Assembly (NCBI GenBank): GCA_965216565.1
Contig: OZ244170.1
Coordinates: 768,001-832,000 of the forward strand
Reading direction: 5' to 3'
Origin: Bythopirellula sp.
GTDB taxonomy: Bacteria > Planctomycetota > Planctomycetia > Pirellulales > Lacipirellulaceae
DNA length: 64,000 nt
Shown here: in pieces, positions 61,913-64,000 of the stretch
Layout: each line of letters starts with the position of its first letter
How positions within the stretch are numbered: position 1 is the first letter of the stretch
Program-made: the position numbers and the translations under genes
Notes under the pieces: model-generated
What the model saw: the letters and a program-made list of their open reading frames with translations, nothing else
The model's database searches: none
Told to the model about the DNA's origin: nothing

Positions 61913-62273
61913 ATGATTACGCAGCAGGCTCTTCTTGCATGACTGCTCTCACCTAAGACGTCCGTGAGTACCAGAAACTGGTAAGGAGAAGAGAAGTCTT
62001 GCTGGCGACCGCCTGCGGCGCTCACCGGTGTGGCCTTTCGCGACTGCCTGTCGTTTCCGGCTACACTTGAAACCTATGTCAGATCCGACTGATGTCAAAC
62101 TTCTCTGGACCACTCTCGCCACTTTTTCTTCCGGGCGCGTTAGAACCGTTTCAATCTGATTGAATGCCTCGCGAGATAACCCATCTTGGGTCGGAATTGT
62201 GGTGTTTTTGCAACCTACAGTTGTGGAGGTGCAACCCTTATTGACTCAGTTCCACGTCTATCGTTAGGCCACT

Positions 62274-63152
62274 ATGCAACTCCTGCTCGAAAAGCTTGTT
62301 CGCTTGGCACAAGAATCTGCCTGGAATTACCACGCGGGCGGTGCGGTTGCCACAGAACCGGCTGCTTGGGCGTGTCTTGCACTAGCGGAACACGGTGAGC
62401 ATGAGTCAGCAAAGCTGGCAGCAGAGTGGTTGCAGCAAGTCCAAGACAAGAAAGGTTCGGTAGGCGTGACCCCTACGCAGTCCTTACCTGCTTGGACGAC
62501 GAGTTTGGCAATCTTGGCTTGGAGCAGTTGTGACAGCTTGACGGGCGAAGGCCGCTACGAAGCATCTCTCGCACGTGCGTTGGAATGGACATTGAACGCA
62601 CGCGGCAAAACGGCCGAACGTCAGAGCGAAATCGGGCACGACCCAACCCTGGTCGGTTGGTCCTGGGCCGAGGGCACCCATTCCTGGCTCGAGCCAACAA
62701 CCCTGTTCGTCATGGCGCTAAAGGCCGCAGGCTATGCCAATCATCCCCGCACCCGCGAGGCAGTGCGGCTAATCGTCGATCGGTTGCTACCCGATGGCGG
62801 CTGCAACTACGGCAACACAATGGTTCTTGGTCAAACTCTCTTGCCTCACGTCCAACCGACGGGGTTCGCCATGTTGGCATTGGCCGGCGAAAGGAGCAAC
62901 GATCCCAGGGTCGCTAAATCGCTCGACTTTCTAGAAGATTCGCTGCAATCCGATTCATCGACGGCCTCCCAATGTTATGCCGTATTGGGCTTGAATGCAC
63001 ACGGCCGCGACACTTCCCAGACAGAGGAATGGCTCGCAGCGGCCGCCCAGCGAGAAACGAGTTGCTATCGCTTAGCGCTCATTGCCTTGGCTCGGAAGAA
63101 CTCTCAGAGATGGCTATCTCCGAAGCGAGCTGTGGAGGTTGCCGGCTTATGA
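62274..63152 (+). CDS. Prenyltransferase/squalene-oxidase-repeat (alpha/alpha toroid) protein
   Basis: EPAAWACLAL, WLQQVQDKKGS, GWSW..HSWLEPT and DGGCNYGN motifs. Confidence 0.75.
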   Translation: MQLLLEKLVRLAQESAWNYHAGGAVATEPAAWACLALAEHGEHESAKLAAEWLQQVQDKKGSVGVTPTQSLPAWTTSLAILAWSSCDSLTGEGRYEASLARALEWTLNARGKTAERQSEIGHDPTLVGWSWAEGTHSWLEPTTLFVMALKAAGYANHPRTREAVRLIVDRLLPDGGCNYGNTMVLGQTLLPHVQPTGFAMLALAGERSNDPRVAKSLDFLEDSLQSDSSTASQCYAVLGLNAHGRDTSQTEEWLAAAAQRETSCYRLALIALARKNSQRWLSPKRAVEVAGL

Positions 63153-64000
63153 GTTGTCCGAAAAAACAATCGGGTTGGAAACCTTCGCGCCGAACTGTAT
63201 TGGCTGCTGGGGGAGCAACTGTCGCGGGTCTCGCCGGCACTAAGTTAGCCACTTGGGCAGCTGACCGTCGACGGGCGAACGTTTTTATTGCGAAGAACCA
63301 GAAATACGACGGAGCGCTGATCGCAACGATTCGCGATGGCTTACTGGCATGCGATCTCAAGCCGGAGCACTTTCGCGGCAAGCGTGTCTTGCTGAAGCCA
63401 AATCTCGTTGAGCCAACTCGTGAAATTCCACATATGACGACTCACCCATTGGTGATTAGTGCTGCCGGCGAAGTGTTTCAACAATGGGGCGCTACGGTTC
63501 GAGTTGGCGAGGCCCCGGGGCATGTTCGCGATACCGAAATGGCGCTCATTGAATCGGGTGTTGGCGAAGCACTCAGGGACGCGGATCTTTCTTTCGCCGA
63601 CTTGAATTACGAGGAAGTCGCCTGGCATCGAAATCGTGGCCGTGTTAGCCCACTAAAAGGGATTTACTTCCCACGATCCGTGGTGGAAGCCGACTGGGTG
63701 GTTTCGTTGCCCAAGATGAAGACCCATCACTGGGTGGGACTAACCTGCAGTATGAAGAATTTCTACGGCGTATTGCCGGGAATCAAATACGGTTGGCCCA
63801 AGAACGTGCTCCATCACAATGGAATCCCGCAAACGGTTGTCGATATCAATGCCACTTTGCCCAGCACTCTGGCGATTGTCGACGGTATCGATTGTATGGA
63901 GGGCGACGGTCCCATCCTGGGAAGTCTCAAGCAGATGGGCCTCATCGCAGTAGGGCGAAGCTTACCCGCAGTGGACGCCACGATTGCACGGATCATGGCG
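63149..64000 (+). CDS. DUF362 domain protein with Tat-like signal (partial, runs off the right edge)
   Basis: Manual translation MSCPKKQSGWKPSRRTVLAAGG..VLLKPNLVE..TTHP..SLPKMKTHHW..MKN..EGDGP. ATGA overlap with the upstream gene. Confidence 0.85.
   Translation, partial: MSCPKKQSGWKPSRRTVLAAGGATVAGLAGTKLATWAADRRRANVFIAKNQKYDGALIATIRDGLLACDLKPEHFRGKRVLLKPNLVEPTREIPHMTTHPLVISAAGEVFQQWGATVRVGEAPGHVRDTEMALIESGVGEALRDADLSFADLNYEEVAWHRNRGRVSPLKGIYFPRSVVEADWVVSLPKMKTHHWVGLTCSMKNFYGVLPGIKYGWPKNVLHHNGIPQTVVDINATLPSTLAIVDGIDCMEGDGPILGSLKQMGLIAVGRSLPAVDATIARIMA

Overview
A 64-kb, mostly ~55-60% GC (estimated by eye) chromosomal segment that looks like a planctomycete (Pirellulales/Lacipirellulaceae-like), judging by the DUF1559 proteins, PEP-CTERM proteins, an LEDRRMLA-type secreted protein and a GPTAVEY Flp pilin. 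It carries housekeeping genes (hemB, hemL, ispD, tyrS, aas, tRNA-Ala-GGC), a reductive pyrimidine-catabolism cluster (mmsA, beta-ureidopropionase, NCS2 permease, class III aminotransferase, plant-PYD1-like preA, hydA), a PEP-CTERM/surface-protein-rich region (37-49 kb) and a partial Tad/Flp pilus locus led by a c-di-GMP-I riboswitch. At least four families of dispersed palindromic repeats occur. No CRISPR, integrase, transposase or rRNA was seen. The most notable observations are: (1) a CruR/DUF2946-like His/CxxC leader ending in an RGPP ribosome-arrest motif that heads a DUF1559 gene plus two related His-motif PEP-CTERM genes, a candidate metal-sensing uptake module with no TonB-dependent receptor; (2) a PEP-CTERM gene whose 5' end has been replaced by an RBS plus the first 17 codons of EF-Tu; (3) a small gene flanked by a 29-bp duplication of the upstream gene's 3' end; (4) unannotated regulatory sites, including tandem Rex-like boxes and a motif shared by the pyrimidine-catabolism promoters. 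All family assignments come from motif recognition, not database searches.
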